Shown one piece after another: positions 1 to 9,466 of a stretch of DNA of 64,000 nt. Under the pieces are notes generated by a model. The model did not search any database and was not told the DNA's origin. It saw nothing but the letters and a program-made list of their open reading frames with translations. Each line of letters opens with the position of its first letter. The stretch's first letter is position 1. The stretch is from a virus (lineage: Duplodnaviria > Caudoviricetes): IMG/VR virus record IMGVR_UViG_3300047157_000186; one strand, given 5' to 3'. Both the position numbers and the translations under genes were made by a program.

Positions 1-53
1 AAATCTAAAAACACTAGAAAGAAGAGTAAATAATATAGGAATATTATAATATA

Positions 54-91
54 AAAAAAGGACATTATTAATTAAGATAATGTCCTTTTTT
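54..91 (+). terminator. Rho-independent terminator-like hairpin (possibly bidirectional)
   Basis: AAAAAAGGACATTAT-8 nt loop-ATAATGTCCTTTTTT perfect inverted repeat with A/T tracts. Confidence 0.75.
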
Positions 92-126
92 AGTTTTTAT
101 ACAATAGGCAATATGATAAATACAGT

Positions 127-834
127 ATGAGTATTAAAACTAAAATACCGAAATGGTTTAATGAAGGACCAAATGATATTGAGTATCGCACATATAAATT
201 AAAAAGTGCTGTTTCAAATATTAAGGCTACATTAGAATCAGGTGAATTAATTCCAGCATTGTTTGAAATAGACGATACGTTGGATTACTTATATAGATAT
301 GACGCTGTTAGAATAACACAAAATCCAAATCCAATAGATCAAATAGTAAGTGGATTTGAAATTCCAGGATTAGAGATATTTTTTCCGGAAGAAGATTTAG
401 AAACAGACGATGTATTAGATTCTATATTGGATGAAGCTATTGATGCGTTCGAAGAACTTCATTCAATGTGCAGAGAAAGATGGAGGCTGATTGAAGAAGG
501 AACTTCATGTGTATATGTACCAAGTAAAAAGTACTTCTTAAACGATGGTTTTGTGTTTATTAAAACACCTGATAATATGTTACATGTATATCATTTTGTA
601 AAACCAAATAAATATTTTACTAAAGATTGGAAAAAGTTTAATATGACACATATACAGTCTGAAAAATGGTCAGAAAATATTTATTTTAGTAGAATAGAAG
701 AATTAATATCTAAAGATCCAGATAAAATAATAATCAGAACCGATTGCAAAACAGAAACAATATTAGAAAATAACGCAATAGGTGTAATTAATCAAATGAT
801 ATTTTCTATGCTACATAGAGACTACTCATTTTAA
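127..834 (+). CDS. hypothetical protein (235 aa)
   Basis: Open ORF with GATAAATA at 115-122 just upstream; no recognised motif. Confidence 0.75.
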   Translation: MSIKTKIPKWFNEGPNDIEYRTYKLKSAVSNIKATLESGELIPALFEIDDTLDYLYRYDAVRITQNPNPIDQIVSGFEIPGLEIFFPEEDLETDDVLDSILDEAIDAFEELHSMCRERWRLIEEGTSCVYVPSKKYFLNDGFVFIKTPDNMLHVYHFVKPNKYFTKDWKKFNMTHIQSEKWSENIYFSRIEELISKDPDKIIIRTDCKTETILENNAIGVINQMIFSMLHRDYSF

Positions 835-873
835 CACTGATATATAAACCAAAGAAAAAAACATAATAACAAC

Positions 874-3800
874 ATGCCAACTGTTTCAAATCAAAACTTA
901 ATCGTAGTATTACCAGAATTAGCTAGGATAGTTAGAGGACAATCATCAAGTATTGGAATCACACTACACCAAGACCACGTAGGTAATCAACTAAACATCG
1001 GGGTAACCGATAACGTAATCGTAGATGTTTATAACGCTGAAAATCAATTAATATATTCAGTAAGTAAATCTAATGGTACCTTATTATTTGGTGCTGCAAA
1101 TACTGATTTACGAGGTGCTATATCACTTGAATTTAGTGCAGAACAAACTGCTGCATTACCATTTGGAGATTTAAATTTCCATGGTGCTATTAAATGTAAA
1201 ATCACAGTAGTTAGAGGAATTACACAAACACAACTACCAACATTAAAACTTGCCAACATCTATGATGCTGGTGATAAAATAGGTGATATAGTTGCAAGTA
1301 GATTCACATTACCAGGTGCTGTATATAAAGTTAAGTCTTTAAGTTCTACAGACAAACCTGCAGGAGGAGAATTAGTTGTAAATGATGAAGATCCTAATGG
1401 TGTTACTAAAATTAGAATTGCTTTAACAGACGATAAAGGATATAGAAATAATTATTTAGAGTCTATATTATTAAATAGAATCAATGTTGACGGAGTTAAA
1501 GTTTCTTTATTCTTAACTAACGTAAATAACAATAGTGAATATTCTGTATTTGAAATCAAAAGCTGGTCATATGTAGATGTATTAAATGTTAATCCTAGTA
1601 ATCCAATAAACAACGATTCAAGTGATGCTATTGAATTACAAGTACAATCAGAAGGAAATTCATTTATCCCTGGATCTGATTACAAGATCGGAGTAGGTGA
1701 TGAACTTGGTATATTTAGTGAATCTTATTCTTCACCTTCAGGTATTTCAATTATACCACAAGGCGCTGTAGCTATTGACGATGTTAATAGTCTTACGTTT
1801 TCAGGAGGTGCAGTTATTAATAATTTAAATGACGGAAAAGTTGAAGTTGTTTTCCCTTCAGTAACAGTTACAACTTCTGGAACATCTGGTTCTTCAGGAA
1901 TTGATGGTTCTTCAGGAATTGATGGTGCTAAAGGTGATCAAGGTGATGCTGGTGTTCAAGGTGAACAAGGTATAAGAGGATTAGATGGAACTTCAGGTAA
2001 AGATGGTGAAACTGGTGGAACTGGAGCACAAGGTCAAGACGGAACTTCAGGCACTGATGGAACAAGCGGAGTTGATGGAGCGCAAGGTCTAAGAGGATTA
2101 GATGGAACTTCAGGTAAAGACGGTTTAGCTGGAACATCTGGTATTAATGGAATTAACGGTCAAGCTGGAACTTCAGGACTTGATGGTGCTAAAGGTGACG
2201 ATGGAACTTCAGGTATTAACGGAGTTAATGGAGTTAATGGAGTTGACGGTGCTAAAGGTGATCAAGGTGAACAAGGTAATCAAGGACCGCAAGGACCTAA
2301 AGGAGATAAAGGTGACGCTGGAGCTAAAGGTGATATAGGTAATGCTGGAACATCTGGTATTAGTGGAACATCAGGAATTAATGGAACATCAGGAATTGAT
2401 GGAACAAGCGGAGTTAATGGAGTTGACGGTGTACAAGGTCTTAAAGGTGATCAAGGTGCAAGAGGTAATGACGGAACATCAGGTAAAGATGGAGCCAATG
2501 GAGTTGATGGAAACCATGGAACTTCAGGAGTTTCAGGTTCTTCAGGAGTTGATGGAACATCAGGTAAAGATGGAATAAACGGAAACGATGGAGCTAAAGG
2601 TGACAGAGGTGATCAAGGACTTCCAGGAAATAATGGTAACGATGGAACTTCAGGAGTTAACGGAACTTCAGGAGTTAACGGAACAAGTGGAGTTGACGGT
2701 GCTAAAGGTGATCAAGGTAATATTGGTAACAATGGTGTAGACGGAACTTCAGGAATTAGTGGAACATCTGGTATTGACGGAACTTCAGGAGTTAATGGAG
2801 TTGACGGAAACGACGGAACTTCAGGTGTTGATGGAACATCAGGAATTAATGGAGCTAAAGGTGATCAAGGTGATCAAGGACCTAAAGGTGATCAAGGCGA
2901 CGCTGGAGCTAATGGAGTTGACGGAAACAATGGAACTTCAGGAGTTAGTGGAACATCTGGTATTGACGGAACTTCAGGAGTTAATGGAGTTGACGGAAAC
3001 GACGGAACTTCAGGACTTTCTGGAACATCAGGAATTAATGGAACATCAGGAATTGATGGAGTTAAAGGTGATCAAGGTGACGCTGGAACTTCTGGAATTA
3101 ATGGAGTTAAAGGTGATCAAGGTGACGCTGGAACTTCAGGAGTTGATGGAACTTCAGGTGTTGATGGTGGCACTGGAACTTCAGGAGTTGATGGAACATC
3201 AGGAATTAATGGAGCTAAAGGTGATCAAGGTGACGCTGGAACTTCAGGAGTTGATGGAACTTCAGGTGTCGATGGAACTTCAGGTGCCGATGGTGGCGCT
3301 GGAACTTCAGGAGTTGATGGAACATCAGGAATTAATGGAGCTAAAGGTGATCAAGGTGACGCTGGAACTTCAGGAGTTAATGGAACATCTGGAACAAATG
3401 GAACTTCAGGAGTTAATGGAACATCAGGAATTAATGGAGTTAAAGGTGATCAAGGTGACGCTGGAACTTCAGGTATTGATGGTGTTGACGGAGCTAATGG
3501 ATCCACTGGACCACAAGGACCGGAAGGGCCGCAAGGGCCGACAGGAGCATCAGGTGCAAATGGATCTGGAATTGCAGGTGGAGGAACAACAGGACAAGCA
3601 CTTGTTAAATCTTCAAATGTTGATTACGAAGTTGAATGGTCAGACGTTGCAACTGGATCAGGTGGAACTTATTACTGTGTAAGAGCAGAATATACTTCAA
3701 CGCAAGCTTTAGGTGGATGTGAATTTATCGATCCAAGTGGATCAGGTGTATTTGAAACATCTAACGCAACTATAGGAACACGTGCTGGTGATAATCAAGA

Positions 3801-4119
3801 ATTTTCATTCAGTGGTCAAAATCAACCACCAAGAGCAATTCTTGTATATGCATATCAAGCCAACAATTCAAGATACGTTATAACGCATTTAGATGGTGGT
3901 GGTAACAACGCATCATTCTATGCACAAGGTATTACAGAATCTGCACACACATCTAACTTTAGTATTGGTAATCAAGTTACAACTGATTTATTCACTAACT
4001 TCAGTGCAGCTAAAATTAAATTAGATTTAAGTATGGGTAATATTGATGCCATAAGAAATGCTGGTGGATTTGGTCAAACAACTAAAGAAGCTCACGCATT
4101 TATAATATTCAAATTTTAA
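874..4119 (+). CDS. collagen-like (Gly-X-Y) fibre protein with globular N- and C-terminal domains
   Basis: About 570 aa of near-continuous Gly-X-Y (GTS/GVD/GAK/GDQ) flanked by non-repetitive domains; GATATATA at 839-846 upstream. Confidence 0.85.
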   Translation: MPTVSNQNLIVVLPELARIVRGQSSSIGITLHQDHVGNQLNIGVTDNVIVDVYNAENQLIYSVSKSNGTLLFGAANTDLRGAISLEFSAEQTAALPFGDLNFHGAIKCKITVVRGITQTQLPTLKLANIYDAGDKIGDIVASRFTLPGAVYKVKSLSSTDKPAGGELVVNDEDPNGVTKIRIALTDDKGYRNNYLESILLNRINVDGVKVSLFLTNVNNNSEYSVFEIKSWSYVDVLNVNPSNPINNDSSDAIELQVQSEGNSFIPGSDYKIGVGDELGIFSESYSSPSGISIIPQGAVAIDDVNSLTFSGGAVINNLNDGKVEVVFPSVTVTTSGTSGSSGIDGSSGIDGAKGDQGDAGVQGEQGIRGLDGTSGKDGETGGTGAQGQDGTSGTDGTSGVDGAQGLRGLDGTSGKDGLAGTSGINGINGQAGTSGLDGAKGDDGTSGINGVNGVNGVDGAKGDQGEQGNQGPQGPKGDKGDAGAKGDIGNAGTSGISGTSGINGTSGIDGTSGVNGVDGVQGLKGDQGARGNDGTSGKDGANGVDGNHGTSGVSGSSGVDGTSGKDGINGNDGAKGDRGDQGLPGNNGNDGTSGVNGTSGVNGTSGVDGAKGDQGNIGNNGVDGTSGISGTSGIDGTSGVNGVDGNDGTSGVDGTSGINGAKGDQGDQGPKGDQGDAGANGVDGNNGTSGVSGTSGIDGTSGVNGVDGNDGTSGLSGTSGINGTSGIDGVKGDQGDAGTSGINGVKGDQGDAGTSGVDGTSGVDGGTGTSGVDGTSGINGAKGDQGDAGTSGVDGTSGVDGTSGADGGAGTSGVDGTSGINGAKGDQGDAGTSGVNGTSGTNGTSGVNGTSGINGVKGDQGDAGTSGIDGVDGANGSTGPQGPEGPQGPTGASGANGSGIAGGGTTGQALVKSSNVDYEVEWSDVATGSGGTYYCVRAEYTSTQALGGCEFIDPSGSGVFETSNATIGTRAGDNQEFSFSGQNQPPRAILVYAYQANNSRYVITHLDGGGNNASFYAQGITESAHTSNFSIGNQVTTDLFTNFSAAKIKLDLSMGNIDAIRNAGGFGQTTKEAHAFIIFKF
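1879..3585 (+). repeat. 9-bp-unit degenerate tandem repeat encoding Gly-X-Y, with longer near-identical blocks
   Basis: Recurring GGAACTTCAGGA, GGTGATCAAGGT and GGAGTTGATGGA units; a long block near 2740-2820 recurs near 2930-3010. Confidence 0.9.
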
Positions 4120-4132
4120 TAAACTAAACTAA

Positions 4133-4150
4133 GGGCGACTTCGGTCGCCC
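4133..4150 (+). other. GC-rich hairpin with C(UUCG)G tetraloop and no downstream U-tract
   Basis: GGGCGAC-TTCG-GTCGCCC between the 874 and 4175 genes. Confidence 0.7.
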
Positions 4151-4174
4151 AAATAATAATATAGAAAGCAAACT

Positions 4175-6055
4175 ATGTCAACATTTACACCAATAACCTT
4201 AAACGGAACTGTATCCTCAATTAGTGGCCAATTGGCTTATGGAGAAAACGATGGAACAGGAATGTCTTTACAGAATCAAACTTATAACATAACGATTTCT
4301 GTAAATGCACAATCAACTGGAGATGGTTCCTCTAGAAAAGCAAATGAATATAATGGTATCGATGTTTCTGAAGGAATGTGGATGTCAGATGCTCAAGGTC
4401 AAACAATCTTAAGAATTAAATCAATCTCAGCTAAAACTGAAGGTATTGTAGAATTAATTGCAGAAGATGTAGATATGTTATCTTTTAGATTAAATAACAT
4501 TAATTCTTTTGCACAAGGTGGAGGTATTATTGTATTTAGTAATAATTCTGAAGGAGAAGCAATCATTACTGATACTAGTGCATTTGCTGCAGGAGGTTTA
4601 GATAAAGTACAAAGTAGATTTGTTGTAAACGAAGCTGACGATAGAGTTAAATTTTCACATACTTCTGCACCTGCTGTTGACAAAGGTGATGTAGTAACAA
4701 TTAATGCAAGTGGAGATTTAGTAAAATTTGGAGCAGTTGGTGCTATAAATCAAAAATTAGGTACGGTATTAGATAGTATCAGAAGTGGTAAAGATGTATT
4801 CGTAAAACCATTTAACGATATTATTAGAAATTATAAAAATCCAGAAGCATTAACAGGTTCACCAGGTTCTATTTATTATACAGACTTAAATAATCCAGGT
4901 GAAATCACAACAGTTACTGGAGGTAAAGCAAGTTATTTACAATTAAATAATAAAATAGCTTCTTCTAAAATAGTAGGAACTGCACTTCCAGGATCTAATG
5001 ATGTTGTTATTATTAATGGTAATACTGTACACAACGGTCCTAATGGAGATAGTGTAGCTTCTATTAATGATTTTAAAACAAATATCAATAATCTTGGATT
5101 AGATGTTACTGCGACTGCATCAGCAACTCCAGTAAGTATTCAAGGTGGTGATTTTGAACCTAACTATGCAAGTAATGATTATTATGCTGTAAGTGATTCT
5201 TATATTGTAACAGGTATACAAGGACAGACTCCTGCAATTGGTGAAATTACAATAGGTGATGGTGTAAATCCACCACAGACTATCTTATTTGATAATCCAG
5301 ATGATACATTAAACTTAGGGGATACTTACGATGTAATTTCTCCAACTGCAATATTAGCTAAATTTCAAGCGGCTATTAATGCAGGTGGTTTAGATCTTGT
5401 AGCTGGATTAGTAACTATGTCTGCATATGATGGACAAACTGTAAAAATCTCAACAACGGGATCAGCTACTCAAGTTATTTTAACTAATGTAAATCCAGCA
5501 GCATTTGGTAATAATGTTGTAGGTGCTAACTCATGGACAGGAATTGGAATGTCAGCTACTGTTGGTTCTCCAGTTTTAACTTTGAACAGAGCAGCTGGTG
5601 GTCCAATTGAAATTACTGGTTCACCTATTACTGGTGGATGGATTAATTCTAATGGAGCGGTTTCTTCAAATTCAGGTAGAGTTCCTTATTTATTATTAAT
5701 CGAATCAAGCGGAGGTTCAACAGGATCAACTGCACGTGGTGTTAATACATCTACAGATTTAAATAAAACATCTAATGTTACAGCTAATGATGGAGATTCA
5801 ACAGGAATTAATATAACATATACTCCATTTGATGATTCAGTAGTAACTATTAAAGTAAATGGTATGGAAATTAATTTAGGTGACGGAGTTAAAACAGAAG
5901 CATCTTATTTTTCAAATGACGGTGGAACATCTGCAAGATTAATTGCAGATATTGAAGCTGGAGATACTCTTTACTGGAACGGCTCGATAGCGGGATATGA
6001 GTTAGATGCAACCGATGATATTGACGTTGGATATGAAAAATCTAGCTTAGATTAA
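4175..6055 (+). CDS. putative virion structural / fibre-associated protein (626 aa)
   Basis: Gly/Ser/Thr/Asn-rich composition typical of beta-rich virion proteins; lies among fibre genes. Confidence 0.6.
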   Translation: MSTFTPITLNGTVSSISGQLAYGENDGTGMSLQNQTYNITISVNAQSTGDGSSRKANEYNGIDVSEGMWMSDAQGQTILRIKSISAKTEGIVELIAEDVDMLSFRLNNINSFAQGGGIIVFSNNSEGEAIITDTSAFAAGGLDKVQSRFVVNEADDRVKFSHTSAPAVDKGDVVTINASGDLVKFGAVGAINQKLGTVLDSIRSGKDVFVKPFNDIIRNYKNPEALTGSPGSIYYTDLNNPGEITTVTGGKASYLQLNNKIASSKIVGTALPGSNDVVIINGNTVHNGPNGDSVASINDFKTNINNLGLDVTATASATPVSIQGGDFEPNYASNDYYAVSDSYIVTGIQGQTPAIGEITIGDGVNPPQTILFDNPDDTLNLGDTYDVISPTAILAKFQAAINAGGLDLVAGLVTMSAYDGQTVKISTTGSATQVILTNVNPAAFGNNVVGANSWTGIGMSATVGSPVLTLNRAAGGPIEITGSPITGGWINSNGAVSSNSGRVPYLLLIESSGGSTGSTARGVNTSTDLNKTSNVTANDGDSTGINITYTPFDDSVVTIKVNGMEINLGDGVKTEASYFSNDGGTSARLIADIEAGDTLYWNGSIAGYELDATDDIDVGYEKSSLD

Positions 6056-6090
6056 CATATTATAAAATAGTATAAATAAAATTAAAAATT

Positions 6091-6125
6091 GCGCCGGACA
6101 TAACTAAAAATGTTCGGCGTTTTTT
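6091..6125 (+). terminator. Rho-independent terminator
   Basis: GCGCCGGACAT...ATGTTCGGCGT followed by a T-tract. Confidence 0.7.
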
Positions 6126-6183
6126 ATATATAATATCAAGAGGACAATAATGTCCTTAGGCCTAAAAATAACACATATAAAAC

Positions 6184-7452
6184 ATGGCACAATTAAAAGT
6201 AAAACAAATTTCTGATTTCGTATCTGCAGTTGCGGCTGTACATAACGGAGCAATCGGAACGGATACCGTAACGGGTATTTCAGTTGCAAAATCTGAAGCA
6301 ATTTCATCTGCAGTTTCTGCGGATGTTGTAATTCTTTCTTCTGCAAAGTCTTACGCTGACGTTGCTGAAGCTGACGCAATTTCTACTGCTGCTGGTGATG
6401 CAACAACAAAAGCTGACGCTGCATTAGCATCTGCTAAAACTTACGCTGATCAAGCTGAACTAGATGCTGAAGCTGAAGCTGGAAGATTGGATGCAATCGT
6501 TCTTTCTTCTGCAAAGTCTTACGCTGATGTTGCTGAAGCTGATGCAATTACTGAAGCTGGAAGATTAGATGCTGTAGTTCTTTCTTCTGCAAAGTCTCAC
6601 TCTAACTTACAAAAAGATAGAATTGATGCATTATTATTGGATTCTGACTCTACGTTAGATACATTTGCTGAGATTAAGTCTTTCGTAGATGGATTAGACA
6701 CTAGTGATGTTGACGGATTATCTGCTGCAATTTCAACAGGTGATTCTACAGCAATTTCAACTGCAGTTTCTGCGGATGCTGTTGTTCTTTCTTCTGCTAA
6801 GTCTTACGCTGACGTTGCTGAAGCTGACGCAATTTCTGCTGCTGGAACAGCTGCTGTAAATTACGCTGATGGTTTAGCTGGAAACTATGATGCTGCTGGC
6901 TCTGCCGCTGCTGCATTAGCTTCTGCTAAAACTTATGCTGACACTGCTGAATCAGATGCAATCGCTTCTGCTAATACTGAAGCTGCAAGATTAGATGTAA
7001 TCGTTCTTTCTTCTGCTAAGTCTTACGCTGACGTTGCTGAAGCTGACGCTGTATCTACTGCTGCTGCTGATGCAACATCAAAAGCTAACGCTGCACAATC
7101 TGCTGCTGAAACAAATGCTGCTGCTGATGCAACATCAAAAGCAAACAGTGCATTAGTTGATGGAAAGTCTTACACTGATGGTAGAGAAACTAGTATTTTA
7201 TCTACATTAAGAGGTGAAATTTCTGGACTTGCTGGAACTGATAAGCTTGAGCAAACTGGAACATTTGGTAGTACAACTACGTTTAGTGTTGCAACTGAAA
7301 TCGACTTAGACAATGACGATATCTTAGTATTCGTTAACGGTTTACAGATTACAGATTACACAACTACAGATGGTGAAAACTTCACTGTTTCTGGTTTAGG
7401 TTATGACTTAGAAAACTCTGATGACATTATCGTTATCGGTGTTGCTGAGTAA
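6184..7452 (+). CDS. Ala-rich repetitive coiled-coil fibre protein
   Basis: Repeated LSSAKSYADVAEADA blocks (DNA copies at 6334, 6502, 6787, 7006; partial at 6580) and a small C-terminal beta domain (ILVFVNGLQ). Confidence 0.7.
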   Translation: MAQLKVKQISDFVSAVAAVHNGAIGTDTVTGISVAKSEAISSAVSADVVILSSAKSYADVAEADAISTAAGDATTKADAALASAKTYADQAELDAEAEAGRLDAIVLSSAKSYADVAEADAITEAGRLDAVVLSSAKSHSNLQKDRIDALLLDSDSTLDTFAEIKSFVDGLDTSDVDGLSAAISTGDSTAISTAVSADAVVLSSAKSYADVAEADAISAAGTAAVNYADGLAGNYDAAGSAAAALASAKTYADTAESDAIASANTEAARLDVIVLSSAKSYADVAEADAVSTAAADATSKANAAQSAAETNAAADATSKANSALVDGKSYTDGRETSILSTLRGEISGLAGTDKLEQTGTFGSTTTFSVATEIDLDNDDILVFVNGLQITDYTTTDGENFTVSGLGYDLENSDDIIVIGVAE

Positions 7453-7493
7453 TAACTCAATCTACAATACTTAATTTAAGTATTAATTATTTT

Positions 7494-7523
7494 AAAGGCT
7501 CGCCCAATCGGGCGGGCCTTTTT
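7494..7523 (+). terminator. Rho-independent terminator
   Basis: AAAGGCTCGCCC-AATC-GGGCGGGCCTTTTT. Confidence 0.85.
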
Positions 7524-7560
7524 AATTAAATCTAATATATAATAAAAACCAAATATCGAT

Positions 7561-8772
7561 ATGAACATAGGAATTACTATAAGCTTAGGGTCAGAGAATG
7601 AAAGTCTTTGGATAAATGGTATAAAGTTAAACGCACTTTATTTATTAAAAGCCCTGAAAGAAATAGGATATAATGCATATTTATTAAATGCAAGTGAGGT
7701 CAAAGCTCCTTATGAAAACAAAGTAACATGGGACATTGAACAATTTCCAATATATGATTATTATGACAAGTATGCAGATACAGATCTTATGATTTGGTTG
7801 GGTGCAACTTATGGAGATAAAACTATAGAAGAGTTCAAGAAAACTGGTTATGGTAAAAAGGTAGTCAAGTATATTTGTGGTAATAATTATATGAATGATT
7901 TAGAAGGTTCTATGTTTAATAGTGGGCCAAATGCTACAGGATATAATCAATTATTAGATGAAGCGTGGTATGTTCCACAGCAAGGAGAATTAAACATTGA
8001 ATATTATAGAGTAATGCACAATTTACCAGCAAATAAAGTAAGGCCAGTTCCTTTTATATGGGATCCTATATTTTTAGATGATACTTGTCAAGTCTATAAT
8101 AACCCAAAAACAGTAATTGAAAATAGACCAATTCCAGTGTATGTTCCTGGAAAAGAAAATAAAGACAAACAAATTGCATGTTTTGAACCTAATATTGGCA
8201 CACAAAAATGGCACTTTATAAATTTATTAATAGCAGAAGAGTATCATAATAATGGAGGTAAATTTAAAAAATTAAATATCATGTGCGGCGAAGACATGTT
8301 AAAAAACAAATATTATCAATCTTTATTAACTCACCTTTCATTGTATAAATTATCAGGAACAAAAGATCATAAGCTATCATATCTTCCTAGATTAAGGGCT
8401 ATTGATGCCATGGCACAATTAACAGATATAGTTATTGCACATCAATATGACAATCCATTAAATTATTCATATTTAGATGCACTCTATTTACAGTTTCCAT
8501 TAGTACATAACGCAACTATGATTAAAGACGCCGGATATTATTATGATGGTAATTTAATTGGACAGGGTTCTCGACAACTTAAACAGGCTATCGAAAATCA
8601 TGACAATAACATAGAATCATATAATGAAAATAGTGAAAGAGTTTTAACTAGATATACTGTGTTTAATGATGGTTTAATAGAAACTTATAAACAATTAATT
8701 GAAACTACAATGGGAATTAAAGATCATAAATTAAGTGCTATGTATGATTGGAAAACAAATCTATATAAGTAA
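7561..8772 (+). CDS. DUF2827-like protein, probable GT-B glycosyltransferase fold
   Basis: N-terminal MNIGITI...SLWINGIKLN and C-terminal VIAHQYDNPLNYSYLDALYLQFPLVHN resemble DUF2827 proteins as I recall them. Confidence 0.55.
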   Translation: MNIGITISLGSENESLWINGIKLNALYLLKALKEIGYNAYLLNASEVKAPYENKVTWDIEQFPIYDYYDKYADTDLMIWLGATYGDKTIEEFKKTGYGKKVVKYICGNNYMNDLEGSMFNSGPNATGYNQLLDEAWYVPQQGELNIEYYRVMHNLPANKVRPVPFIWDPIFLDDTCQVYNNPKTVIENRPIPVYVPGKENKDKQIACFEPNIGTQKWHFINLLIAEEYHNNGGKFKKLNIMCGEDMLKNKYYQSLLTHLSLYKLSGTKDHKLSYLPRLRAIDAMAQLTDIVIAHQYDNPLNYSYLDALYLQFPLVHNATMIKDAGYYYDGNLIGQGSRQLKQAIENHDNNIESYNENSERVLTRYTVFNDGLIETYKQLIETTMGIKDHKLSAMYDWKTNLYK

Positions 8773-8775
8773 CAT

Positions 8776-9381
8776 ATGTCTATTGATCCTAACAAAATAA
8801 TTTTTAAAAGATTAATTAGAGAGTATGAATTTTTATTAGAAGATTTAGAAGATATAAAAACTGCTAATTCTGAAATAAAAAATAAATTTATGCAAGAACT
8901 TTCAGAGATTGATAATGATGGTATATTAGAATCTGAAGAAATGGAAACAGCTGCAGATTCATGGGCAAGTAGCAAGAAAGAAGAAGAGTCTTTAGAAAAA
9001 GAAACTAATAAACACCCAGATTTTAAAAAATTATTTAGAAAGGCGGTTGTAAAATGCCACCCTGATAAATTAACACAAGATATTACTCAAGATAAAAAAG
9101 ATAAATACAAAAAGATATATGAGGATTTGGTAGATGCCAATGAAACTGAAGATTGGGCAAGTTTAATAACATGTGCAGTTAAATTAGAAATAGAATTACC
9201 TTCTTCGGCATATGATCAAATTAAATCTATAGAAAAAAGTATATTAAAACTAAAAAATAAACAAGAAAATATATTAAACTCAACACCATGGAACTGGTAT
9301 AAAACGATAAACAATGATTCAAAATTAGATATATTAAAACAGCATCTTAATTTTATGTCATTATTAACACGAAAAAAATAA
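8776..9381 (+). CDS. J-domain-containing co-chaperone
   Basis: FKKLFRKAVVKCHPDKL (HPD motif) within a helical protein. Confidence 0.7.
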   Translation: MSIDPNKIIFKRLIREYEFLLEDLEDIKTANSEIKNKFMQELSEIDNDGILESEEMETAADSWASSKKEEESLEKETNKHPDFKKLFRKAVVKCHPDKLTQDITQDKKDKYKKIYEDLVDANETEDWASLITCAVKLEIELPSSAYDQIKSIEKSILKLKNKQENILNSTPWNWYKTINNDSKLDILKQHLNFMSLLTRKK

Positions 9382-9466
9382 TTTTTTTTGTTAGTTTTTC
9401 CCAGGGACTAATAAGTTGGTACATTAACAAGATATATAATATAACGTAAAAAAGAATAAATCATTC

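Noticed and set aside
1928-3682. Alternative-frame ORFs (MELQVLMEL..., MFQLNRL...) in the first collagen gene
   Set aside because: Shadows of the 9-bp repeat, which lacks stops in other frames; no independent start context.
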